Shown: in pieces, positions 56,065 to 64,000 of the stretch
Layout of the letters: each line of letters opens with the position of its first letter
Position numbering within the stretch: position 1 is the first letter of the stretch
Origin: Candidatus Bathyarchaeota archaeon UBA233
GTDB taxonomy: Archaea; Thermoproteota; Bathyarchaeia; Bathyarchaeales; UBA233
Direction: 5' to 3'
Assembly: GCA_002507245.1 (NCBI GenBank)
Contig: DAZI01000065.1
Span: 1,949 to 65,948, forward strand
Length of the DNA: 64,000 bases
The notes under the pieces: generated by a model
The model's database searches: none
Told to the model about the DNA's origin: nothing
What the model saw: only the letters and a program-made list of their open reading frames with translations
Made by a program: the position numbers and the translations under genes

Positions 56065-56982
56065 TTGCACGAGATAGTTGAATGTGTCCCGAACTTTAGC
56101 ACCTCTAGCCCAGAAGTTGTTAAAACAATCTTAAGCGAGATTCAACGGGTGAAAGATGCATATGTCCTCGACTATACCTTTGACGATTACTATAATCGTC
56201 TAGTCATCTCCTTCATTGGGAACCGCCAATCCGTGCTCGAGGCAGCTTTAAGCGCAGCTCAAAAAGCCGTAGAACTAATCGACATGACAAAACATAAGGG
56301 GCAACACCCACGGATAGGCGCCGTGGATGTAGTTCCCTTCATTCCAATAAAAAACGTAACTATGCAGGACTGCGTCGAAATAGCTAAGAAATTCGGAGAA
56401 ACCCTTGCAAGAGAACTAGAGATTCCAGTCTATCTCTACGCTGAGGCAGCAACCAAGCCTGAACGAAAAGATCTAGACTGGATAAGAAAAGGCGAATACG
56501 AAAAACTAGCTGAAATGATAACTCAGCCAGACAGAAAACCTGATTTCGGTCCGGCAAAACCGCATCCAACGGCCGGTGCAACCATAACTGGCGCTCGTAA
56601 ACTCATGGCCGGCTTCAACGTAAACCTCGGCACCTCAAATTTGAAAATAGCTAAAAAAATCGCTAAGGCACTACACTCAAAAAAGGGCGGATTAACCCAT
56701 GTCAAAGCAATGGCAGCATACATACCAGAAAAAAATATCACACAGATAGGGATGAGCATAACCGACTACGAGAAAACACCGCTATACAGGGTTTTCGAAC
56801 TTTTGAAAATAGAGGCAGAACGTTATAACGTTCCAATAATAAGCTCAGAATTTTGCGGAATGGCGCCGTTAAAGGCGCTAATTGACATAGCCAGTTACTA
56901 CTTAAAAATAGAAAACCTCACTTCAGAACGGGTCATAGAGATAGCTATACAAGAAGCAATAGAAAAAGGCGAAGCGCTGTGA
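56065..56982 (+). CDS. glutamate formimidoyltransferase (FT domain only, no cyclodeaminase domain)
   Basis: IVECVPNFSTS N-terminus, HPRIGAVDVVPFIP. 305 aa. TTG start. Confidence 0.8.
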   Translation: MHEIVECVPNFSTSSPEVVKTILSEIQRVKDAYVLDYTFDDYYNRLVISFIGNRQSVLEAALSAAQKAVELIDMTKHKGQHPRIGAVDVVPFIPIKNVTMQDCVEIAKKFGETLARELEIPVYLYAEAATKPERKDLDWIRKGEYEKLAEMITQPDRKPDFGPAKPHPTAGATITGARKLMAGFNVNLGTSNLKIAKKIAKALHSKKGGLTHVKAMAAYIPEKNITQIGMSITDYEKTPLYRVFELLKIEAERYNVPIISSEFCGMAPLKALIDIASYYLKIENLTSERVIEIAIQEAIEKGEAL

Positions 56983-58250
56983 AAATCGAAGCCGACCTGC
57001 TAGTGCTTAATGCTAAACAATTACTAACCCTAAAAGGAAAAAGCGAAAAACCGGCTATCCGTGAAGAAATGAACGAGCTTCAGACTATTCTTGACGGCGG
57101 CTTAGCGATCAAAAATGGAAAACTAATCGCTGTTGGGGAATCTTCCGAAATTGAACAAACCTTTGAAAGCCCAAACATTTTAGACGCTGAAGGAAAAGTT
57201 GTCATGCCAGGCTTCGTTGATGCACATACCCACCTAGTTTTCGCTGGATCCAGAGAATCCGAATTCGAAATGCGCATCAAAGGAGCTTCTTACATAGAAA
57301 TTCTAAAAAGGGGAGGTGGAATCCTCCAAACAGTAAAGGCGACACGTGAAGCCTCTTTTGAAACACTCATAGAAACAGGGCTTAAAACCTTGAATACAAT
57401 GTTGTTACATGGAACCACTACTGTGGAAGCCAAGAGCGGGTACGGCTTATCAACAGAACACGAAATAAAAATCTTGGAAGCCATAAAAAAGCTAAATGAA
57501 AAACACGTTTTAGACCTTGTGCCTACCTTCATGGGAGCCCATGCTTTCCCACCGGAATATCTAGAAAATCCAGAAGGCTATGTTGAATTATTAATCCAGG
57601 AGATGATTCCAAAAGTGGCAGAACAACATTTAGCCGAATTCTGCGATGTTTTCTGCGAAAGGGGCGTCTTTGATGTGTCACAATCTAGAAAGATTTTGAA
57701 AACAGCTAAAAACCATGGCTTAAAACCCAAGGTTCATGCCGACGAAATAACTTATTTAGGTGGAGCAGAACTTGCCGCTGAAGTGGGCGCTGTGTCAGCA
57801 GAACACTTGATATGTGCCTCGGAGGCTGGAATCGAATTTTTGGCTAAGACAGGCGTGGTTGCTGTTCTTCTTCCAGCTGCTTCCTTTGCTCTGATGATTA
57901 ATCGTTATGCCGAGGCACGGAAAATGATAACCAAAGGTGTTCCGGTTGCTTTGGGAACAGATTTCAATCCAAGCTGTTGGACTGAAAACATGCAACTAGC
58001 TATCGCCTTTGCATGTCGCAACATGAAGCTTTCACCAGCTGAAGCCATAACTGCAGCTACCATAAACGCTGCACATGCCATAAACCGTGCGAACCATGTT
58101 GGAAGCCTGGAAGTAGGAAAAAAGGCCGATATAATCATTTTAGATATACCTGACTACAAGTTCTTAGGATACCGTTTCGGTGTTAACCTCGTGAAATACG
58201 TGATAAAAAACGGCCGCATAGTTGTTAAAAACGGACAAATTCTTATATGA
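56979..58250 (+). CDS. hutI: imidazolonepropionase
   Basis: PGFVDAHTHLVFAGSRE, GGGI..TV.ATR, HGTTTVEAKSGYGL, VHADE, GTDFNP. 4-nt overlap with the upstream gene. Confidence 0.9.
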   Translation: MKIEADLLVLNAKQLLTLKGKSEKPAIREEMNELQTILDGGLAIKNGKLIAVGESSEIEQTFESPNILDAEGKVVMPGFVDAHTHLVFAGSRESEFEMRIKGASYIEILKRGGGILQTVKATREASFETLIETGLKTLNTMLLHGTTTVEAKSGYGLSTEHEIKILEAIKKLNEKHVLDLVPTFMGAHAFPPEYLENPEGYVELLIQEMIPKVAEQHLAEFCDVFCERGVFDVSQSRKILKTAKNHGLKPKVHADEITYLGGAELAAEVGAVSAEHLICASEAGIEFLAKTGVVAVLLPAASFALMINRYAEARKMITKGVPVALGTDFNPSCWTENMQLAIAFACRNMKLSPAEAITAATINAAHAINRANHVGSLEVGKKADIIILDIPDYKFLGYRFGVNLVKYVIKNGRIVVKNGQILI

Positions 58251-58286
58251 GGACACTTCGGTAAAAGGGTAAACGTTTTACTTTAG

Positions 58287-59975
58287 TTGACGCTTAGCCT
58301 TATGTGGTGGAAATGTTTGACCACACTTGAAAAGCCACCAAGATGTATAGTGGGGCATGAATTACATTGTAAGAACTGGCAAATTGAAGGAATTCTCCGC
58401 ATGCTTTACAACGTAGTTGACCCTGAAGTAGCAAAAGACCCGGAAAACCTCATAGTCTATGGTGGAACTGGGAAGGCGGCTCGAAACTGGAAATGCTTCG
58501 AACAGATTGTCGAAACACTAATGATGTTGGAACAAGACGAAACTATGCTTGTCCAAAGCGGAAAGCCTGTCGCTGTGTTTAAAACTCACGAGTGGGCCCC
58601 CAGAGCTTTAATTGTAAATTCCATGCTTGTGCCAAAATGGGCTACGTGGGACTACTTCTTTGAACTCGAACAGAAAGGGCTTATCATGTTTGGACAGATG
58701 ACAGCTGGGTCTTGGGCTTATATCGGGACCCAAGGAATATTGCAAGGTACATACGAGACTTTGGCTGCCGTGGCTAAGGAACACTTCGACGGAACCCTAC
58801 GCGGAAGACTTGTATTAACTGCTGGACTAGGCGAAATGGGTGGTGCTCAACCCCTAGCAGTTACAATGAACGATGGCGTGGCATTGGTGATAGAAATAGA
58901 CAAACATGCCATAGAACGGCGGATTCGCCATGGGTACTTGGACACATGGACTGACGATCTAGATGAGGCAATAAACATGGTTTTGGAAGCGAAACGTGAG
59001 GGAAAACCACTAAGCGTTGGATTGCTTGGTAATGCTGCGGAGGTACATTCCAACTTTCTCCGGCGAGGCATAATTCCTGATGTTTTGACAGACCAAACGG
59101 CAGCTCACGACCCGTTGAACGGTTATTACCCTGCTGGGCTTTCGAAGGAAGAGGCAGACGAACTTCGAGTCAATAATCCAAAGGAGTATTTGGAAAAATC
59201 CTACAATAGCATACGCATGCAAGTTGAAACCATGGTCAAAATGATGGAAAAAGGCGCAGTAACCTTTGAGTATGGAAATAACCTTCGACAACAAGCCTAT
59301 AACGCCGGATTTAATCAAGCTTTTGCTTACCCCGGATTCGTCCAACGTTACATTCGACCCATGTTCTGCGAAGGAAAAGGTCCCTTCCGCTGGACTTCGC
59401 TCGTAGGAAGCAAAGAAGATATCTACACTTTAGACGACCTAATCCTTGAAAAGTTCGCCTACAATAAGGAATTGTGTCGTTGGATAAGAAAAGCCAAAGA
59501 ACAGGTGAAGTTTCAAGGATTACCCGCCCGAGTTTGCTGGCTCGGCTTCGGCGAAAGAGCGCGATTTGGAAAAATGATAAATGACATGGTTGCAGACGGC
59601 AAACTTTCCGGGCCCATATGGATAGGCCGTGACCACTTGGATGGCGGAAGCGTTGCCTCACCCAACCGTGAAACAGAAGGCATGAAGGACGGTAGCGATG
59701 CTATTGCCGACTGGCCAATACTTAATGCCTTATTAAACGCTGTTGCCGGCGCTACTTGGGTTTCAGTGCACCATGGCGGAGGCGTAGGCATAGGCTACAG
59801 CATCCACGCCGGGATGTGTTTAGTCGCAGACGGAACCGAAGAAGCGGGAAGACGGCTGGTAAGGGTATTAACAACCGACCCTGGAACGGCTATAGTTCGA
59901 CACGCAGATGCAGGATACGAGAAGGCAAAGCAAATAGCCAAAGAAAAGGGAATTAAAATCCCGATGTTGAGGTAG
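58287..59975 (+). CDS. hutU: urocanate hydratase
   Basis: [46 protein letters not shown] and [23 protein letters not shown]. The exact start is uncertain (TTG 58287 or an ATG shortly after). Confidence 0.9.
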   Translation: MTLSLMWWKCLTTLEKPPRCIVGHELHCKNWQIEGILRMLYNVVDPEVAKDPENLIVYGGTGKAARNWKCFEQIVETLMMLEQDETMLVQSGKPVAVFKTHEWAPRALIVNSMLVPKWATWDYFFELEQKGLIMFGQMTAGSWAYIGTQGILQGTYETLAAVAKEHFDGTLRGRLVLTAGLGEMGGAQPLAVTMNDGVALVIEIDKHAIERRIRHGYLDTWTDDLDEAINMVLEAKREGKPLSVGLLGNAAEVHSNFLRRGIIPDVLTDQTAAHDPLNGYYPAGLSKEEADELRVNNPKEYLEKSYNSIRMQVETMVKMMEKGAVTFEYGNNLRQQAYNAGFNQAFAYPGFVQRYIRPMFCEGKGPFRWTSLVGSKEDIYTLDDLILEKFAYNKELCRWIRKAKEQVKFQGLPARVCWLGFGERARFGKMINDMVADGKLSGPIWIGRDHLDGGSVASPNRETEGMKDGSDAIADWPILNALLNAVAGATWVSVHHGGGVGIGYSIHAGMCLVADGTEEAGRRLVRVLTTDPGTAIVRHADAGYEKAKQIAKEKGIKIPMLR

Positions 59976-60031
59976 GTTGGAAAAGGAAAAACGAAGGCAC
60001 CAGCGAGAAGCTATAAAAAGCTCCGTATTAG

Positions 60032-60250
60032 TTACCGGGTATGAGCTTCAATAAATTTTCTTATACTCCTATCATAAGTCCTTTCCACTTCAGATGGGAA
60101 AAAACAACCGGGTAACTCTCCTCTACTTCGATGATATTGTATACATTCACAACATTTTCCGCGTCTGTCGCAAGCAACATAAGTACATGAACAATTTTCT
60201 AAATTCCTCTCCAGATTTGGACAATCTACCATACTTCTCCCTTTCAACAA
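60032..60250 (-). CDS. small Cys-rich protein (DUF6485-like)
   Basis: CPNLERNLENCSCTYVACDRRGKCCECIQYHRSRGELPGCFF. Confidence 0.45.
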   Translation of the reverse strand: MLKGRSMVDCPNLERNLENCSCTYVACDRRGKCCECIQYHRSRGELPGCFFPSEVERTYDRSIRKFIEAHTR

Positions 60251-60390
60251 GCTTTTCTGGGGATAAAGCTTCTTTACTTTATCTTAAATCTATATCTAAG
60301 CTTTCTTTTATAAGGGCAAAGGATAGAATTTTTCTGGCAAAGCTTTTCATATCTTTATGCCTTAAGGATTTCATGCGGTGAAGCGGTCTT

Positions 60391-61950
60391 ATGCATAACC
60401 ATGTTATAGAAATCGACGGCGAAACTCTCACTGTTGAGGATGTTGTTTCAGTTGCCCGTCAAAATGTCAAAGTCGCCCTTTCCGAATCTACAAAAAGGAA
60501 GGTTACTGAAAGCCGTAAAGCTCTTCAAAAAATGATAGCGGAGGGAAAAGTAATCTACGGGGTTAACACGGGGTTTGGCGCCTTAGCTAACACGAAGATA
60601 TCGCCCGAGGAGATTCGGCAATTACAAGTTAACCTCATTCGGAGTCATTCCACCGGTGTAGGTAAAGCCTTTCACAAGGAGGTTGTTCGTGCTGCCATGC
60701 TCTTGCGCGCCAACACTTTAGCTAAGGGTTATTCTGGTGTTCGCTTGAAAGTACTTGAAACTTTGGTTAAAATGCTCAACGAACACGTACATCCAGTTAT
60801 TCCCGAGAAAGGCTCTGTAGGTGCAAGCGGAGATTTGGCCCCTCTTTCACATTTAACTCTCGTTCTAATGGGTGAAGGGGAAGCTGAATACCAAGGCAGA
60901 GTCTTGACTGGAAAACAAGCTATGGAACAGGCTGGGATTCAGCCTTTAACCCTTGAGGAGAAGGAAGGCCTAGCTCTTAATAATGGGACTCAAGTGATGA
61001 CTGCTCTGGCTGCTTTGGCAGTACATGATGCGGAAAAACTCGTTCAAACAGCTGAAGTGGCTGCTGCTTTAACTCTTGAAGCTATGCTTGGAGTTTACGA
61101 TGCCTTTGATGAGAGGATTCATGAAGTGAGGCCTCATCCGGGGCAGATGGCAACCGCTAGAAATATCCGCTCACTGATTCACGGGAGTAAGCTAATTCGT
61201 TTGGGCAAGGAAGCGTTAGAAACGCTAGGATATCCACAAGATCCGTATTCGCTACGTTGCATCCCTCAAGTTCTAGGTGCGGCAAGAGATGCAGTCGCTT
61301 ATACCAGAAAAGTTGTGGAAATAGAGATAAACTCAGCTACTGATAACCCTCTAGTTTTTGCTTCTAACCCCGCTTGTTTTTCTGGTGGGAACTTCCATGG
61401 GCAGCCTATCGCCATAGCCATGGACATGCTTGGAATAGCTATAACTATGGTTGGAAACTTCTCTGAAAGAAGAACGGCAAGGCTTATTGATGAAAAACTT
61501 AACCGAGGACTACCTGCCTTTCTGGTCTCATCTCAAGCAACTAAGGGGCTAAACAGCGGATTCATGACCTTACAATATACAGCTGCCGCCTTAGCTTCAG
61601 AAAACAAGATTTTAGCTCACCCTGCATGCGTCGATTCAATCCCAACCTCAGCTAACTTTGAAGACTTTGTCAGCATGGGAACAACTGCCGCAAGAAAAGC
61701 TAAGGAAATAATTCGAAACACTCAGAATATAATCGGTATAGAACTTATTTGCGCTGCTCAGGCTATAGAATTCCGCGGATGGGAAAATCTTGGAAAAGGA
61801 ACGAAACAGGCCTACAAAGCGATTCGAGATAAAGTTCCCAGACTAGAAGAAGATAGACAATTAAGCATTGACATAGAAACTGTGGTTAGGGAACTCGTTC
61901 AAAACGGAAAACTTGTGGAAGTAATAAGGGATGTGGTGGCGCTGGTTTAG
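60391..61950 (+). CDS. hutH: histidine ammonia-lyase
   Basis: GSVGASGDLAPLSH (MIO-forming Ala-Ser-Gly), YGVNTGFG and NFHGQP. Confidence 0.92.
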   Translation: MHNHVIEIDGETLTVEDVVSVARQNVKVALSESTKRKVTESRKALQKMIAEGKVIYGVNTGFGALANTKISPEEIRQLQVNLIRSHSTGVGKAFHKEVVRAAMLLRANTLAKGYSGVRLKVLETLVKMLNEHVHPVIPEKGSVGASGDLAPLSHLTLVLMGEGEAEYQGRVLTGKQAMEQAGIQPLTLEEKEGLALNNGTQVMTALAALAVHDAEKLVQTAEVAAALTLEAMLGVYDAFDERIHEVRPHPGQMATARNIRSLIHGSKLIRLGKEALETLGYPQDPYSLRCIPQVLGAARDAVAYTRKVVEIEINSATDNPLVFASNPACFSGGNFHGQPIAIAMDMLGIAITMVGNFSERRTARLIDEKLNRGLPAFLVSSQATKGLNSGFMTLQYTAAALASENKILAHPACVDSIPTSANFEDFVSMGTTAARKAKEIIRNTQNIIGIELICAAQAIEFRGWENLGKGTKQAYKAIRDKVPRLEEDRQLSIDIETVVRELVQNGKLVEVIRDVVALV

Positions 61951-62906
61951 GCTAGCTGTTGAAGCGCCTTTAACCTTTTGATAATGTTAGGATGTGTAGA
62001 AAAGATTTCTGAAAGTCTATCCAAAAAAGTGACTTTTCTTCTCAAAAGCTCTTGAACTAACCGTTGATCTCCACTTAATCGAGCTATTGCCGCAGCATCC
62101 ACCTCTGCCCTATCTGGGTCAGCAATAAACAGGGCTTTCAAGGCATTAAAATTCGTTGTTTCCTTTCGGAAACGTTTCATTCTACCCGAAGTGTGAACTA
62201 TTTTTGCTAATCCTTCTGAAAGTTTTCTTGCACCATCATCCACTATTGAAACACTATGTCTATCCGCGTAATATTCACGTATCCTGCTTAGATACAGGAT
62301 GAACAGGTTTAGGAACCATGCAAGAAGCATAGCTATTATTCCTACAAGTAGACCCGCACTTCCCCCTTCTTCCCTTCGACTTCGACTGAACATGGATGAG
62401 AGCATGAGGCTGTAGCCTATGTAGAATAATATTGCCGGTAGGATGGAAACAAACATCATAACTTGCACGTCTCGATGCTTCAAGTGTCCAAGTTCATGTC
62501 CTATAACCGCTTCCACTTCTTCGTCTTCTAACGTTTCTAGAAGACCAGTTGTTACTGCAACGCGGGTTCCAGCGACAGGTGAACCATAAGCAAAGGCATT
62601 GGGAACGGGGATCCTTGCTAACATTACCTTAGGCATTCTGATATCGCTTTTTATGCTTAATCGTTCAACCATTCCGTAAAGCTTCGGGTTGTCAGCTTTC
62701 TTAATTTCTTTAACCCGATATACCGCGTCTATAATATAAGGCGAAAAAAGCCATTGCAGTATGTTGAAGGTTACGACGAGTATGCCTATTAGCATAAAGT
62801 CGAGAGTTCCTATTAGAGTGAGTATGACTGTGAAGAAGAGGGTTGAGAGCCCGATGATTACGGCTAGTGTTCCTATCATGGATAACCGTAATTTCCACAA
62901 GCTCAT
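61947..62906 (-). CDS. htpX: M48-family zinc metalloprotease HtpX homologue (second copy)
   Basis: Two N-terminal TM helices, GHELGHLKHRD, two further TM helices, EYYADRHS and STHPN. Confidence 0.8.
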   Translation of the reverse strand: MSLWKLRLSMIGTLAVIIGLSTLFFTVILTLIGTLDFMLIGILVVTFNILQWLFSPYIIDAVYRVKEIKKADNPKLYGMVERLSIKSDIRMPKVMLARIPVPNAFAYGSPVAGTRVAVTTGLLETLEDEEVEAVIGHELGHLKHRDVQVMMFVSILPAILFYIGYSLMLSSMFSRSRREEGGSAGLLVGIIAMLLAWFLNLFILYLSRIREYYADRHSVSIVDDGARKLSEGLAKIVHTSGRMKRFRKETTNFNALKALFIADPDRAEVDAAAIARLSGDQRLVQELLRRKVTFLDRLSEIFSTHPNIIKRLKALQQLA

Positions 62907-62951
62907 AATTTATCCCTAGAATCGAGACACATAAATGGTTGCTTATATCCT

Positions 62952-63935
62952 TTACTCTTTCAAACCAAACTTTTTCTCACAAAGACCTCGGCTGATTTCC
63001 TCAACTATTTTCCAAACATGACTAGCTAATCTCTCACTTATCCAGCCTTTTTGCAAAGCATTGTTCAGTTTTTCCTTATCTAGAATTTTGTAGGTTTTGT
63101 CGGGCCAAACGCATACGTCAACTTCTAAGTCCACATATCGAATAGTGTTTGGGTAAAGCTCTATAGGAGTGTTCACGTTTATGTATGTGCCCTTATGTTC
63201 GCCATCAGGCGAATAATAATGAGTTTTGAAAGTCCACGCGCCTATTTCAGCTTCGGTTATTGCTTTATCCCCGGCTTGTTTGGAAACTCTTAGTCCGTCA
63301 TATATTCCATCTCGTTTAAGGATTCGTTGGAAACGAATATTTGGCGCCTTGAATTCTTCGATTATTGCTTCTCCTAAAAGAAAGACTTGCCCACTTAGCT
63401 TTACATGTTCAATCTGCACTTTGTACCCTTCCTCAGGGTATTCTGGCTCAATAATTCGCCTAAACTCTTCTTTGACCTTTGCTTCAGGTTCTCCGTTTTC
63501 CAATAGTTTTTCAGCCATTTCTAGAGCTGCAGAAATCCTCCTGCCACAAGCTTTATAATAATGGTGTCCAGCTAGCGTAGGTACCACTGCATTTCTGATT
63601 TGGTCAAGAGTTGTTTTTGAAGTGGCAGGGAACTCTATATCCACGCAGTGGAAGCCTTCCAGCAGCAAGGCTGGGGCTGTTACTTGTTTACTTAACGCTG
63701 CTATCTTTTCAGCTTTCTCGAGGAGTCTATTTATTTCCCCCTTCAACCTTTCAGCAGGCTGGTTGGCTGATGTTTCACGCCATATTATCCCCCATTTCTC
63801 CGGTTTTAGCCGTTTTCCCAACGCGTAAAGGCGAGCTCTTTCGTTTAGATTTCTGATTTTTAGACTAACACCTATTATTTGCTCCGGGGTTAAGATTGCG
63901 TGTTTTCCAATAACTTTCACTTTTGTTGTTAGCAA
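62952..63935 (-). CDS. DUF402-domain RNA-binding/ribonuclease FAU-1-like protein
   Basis: The C-terminal GTYINVNTPIELYPNTIRYVDLEVDVCVWPDKTYKILDKEKL matches the DUF402 core. The start appears to be TTG. Confidence 0.5.
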   Translation of the reverse strand: MLTTKVKVIGKHAILTPEQIIGVSLKIRNLNERARLYALGKRLKPEKWGIIWRETSANQPAERLKGEINRLLEKAEKIAALSKQVTAPALLLEGFHCVDIEFPATSKTTLDQIRNAVVPTLAGHHYYKACGRRISAALEMAEKLLENGEPEAKVKEEFRRIIEPEYPEEGYKVQIEHVKLSGQVFLLGEAIIEEFKAPNIRFQRILKRDGIYDGLRVSKQAGDKAITEAEIGAWTFKTHYYSPDGEHKGTYINVNTPIELYPNTIRYVDLEVDVCVWPDKTYKILDKEKLNNALQKGWISERLASHVWKIVEEISRGLCEKKFGLKE

Positions 63936-64000
63936 CGGGGTTTTTACGCCTATTTTCCGTCTTTGTACTTGGACAATTATTTCGTTACAGTCTTCAGGTT

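Noticed and set aside
60249-60344. CRISPR-like or mini-satellite interpretation of the repeated AAGCTT motifs
   Set aside because: The repeats are only 6-10 nt long and irregularly spaced (17, 32 and 41 nt). There is no conserved repeat-spacer unit, and no cas genes occur in the window.

Overview
Archaeal chromosomal window with AT-rich coding DNA and GC-rich structural RNAs. Gene content suggests an anaerobic TACK/Thermoproteota-type, possibly Bathyarchaeia-like, organism; this is inference only. About 75 densely packed protein genes lie on both strands, with 2 tRNAs and 1 SRP (7S) RNA. I saw no rRNA, CRISPR array, transposase or integrase. Housekeeping genes: histone, thermosome, S17e, S13-S4-S11, TFE, tRNA-splicing endonuclease, TIP49/RuvB-like ATPase, class I LysRS, ThyX, ThiDN, TrmY, Cgi121. 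Metabolism: a complete archaeal CODH/acetyl-CoA synthase operon cdhABCDE with divergent cooC, a ferredoxin and an ADP-forming acetyl-CoA synthetase alpha subunit; a histidine-utilisation set (glutamate formimidoyltransferase, hutI, hutU, hutH); FBP aldolase/phosphatase; inositol-1-phosphate synthase; TldD/PmbA; a secreted S8 subtilase; two HtpX proteases. Most interesting observations: (1) both tRNAs carry introns at non-canonical positions (25/26 and 29/30). Each folds by hand into a bulge-helix-bulge whose predicted cuts restore a perfect cloverleaf. (2) A translationally coupled operon encodes a HEPN-like protein, a ParB/sulfiredoxin-fold protein, a diglycine MoaD/SAMP-like ubiquitin-like protein and a CofE-fold ligase, with no E1 in view. 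(3) A Psp/YdjGHI-like membrane-stress cluster (Zn-ribbon protein, subtilase, orphan coiled-coil, SPFH-Zn-ribbon protein, small membrane protein) sits next to HtpX. (4) Hut genes and CODH/ACS lie close together, suggesting histidine-derived C1 units feed acetyl-CoA synthesis. (5) A multiply frameshifted flavoprotein pseudogene lies beside tRNA-Arg. All protein calls rest on motif recognition by eye from the supplied translations; no database search, HMM or RNA covariance model was run. Hand-derived coordinates for RNAs and motifs may be off by 1-2 nt.
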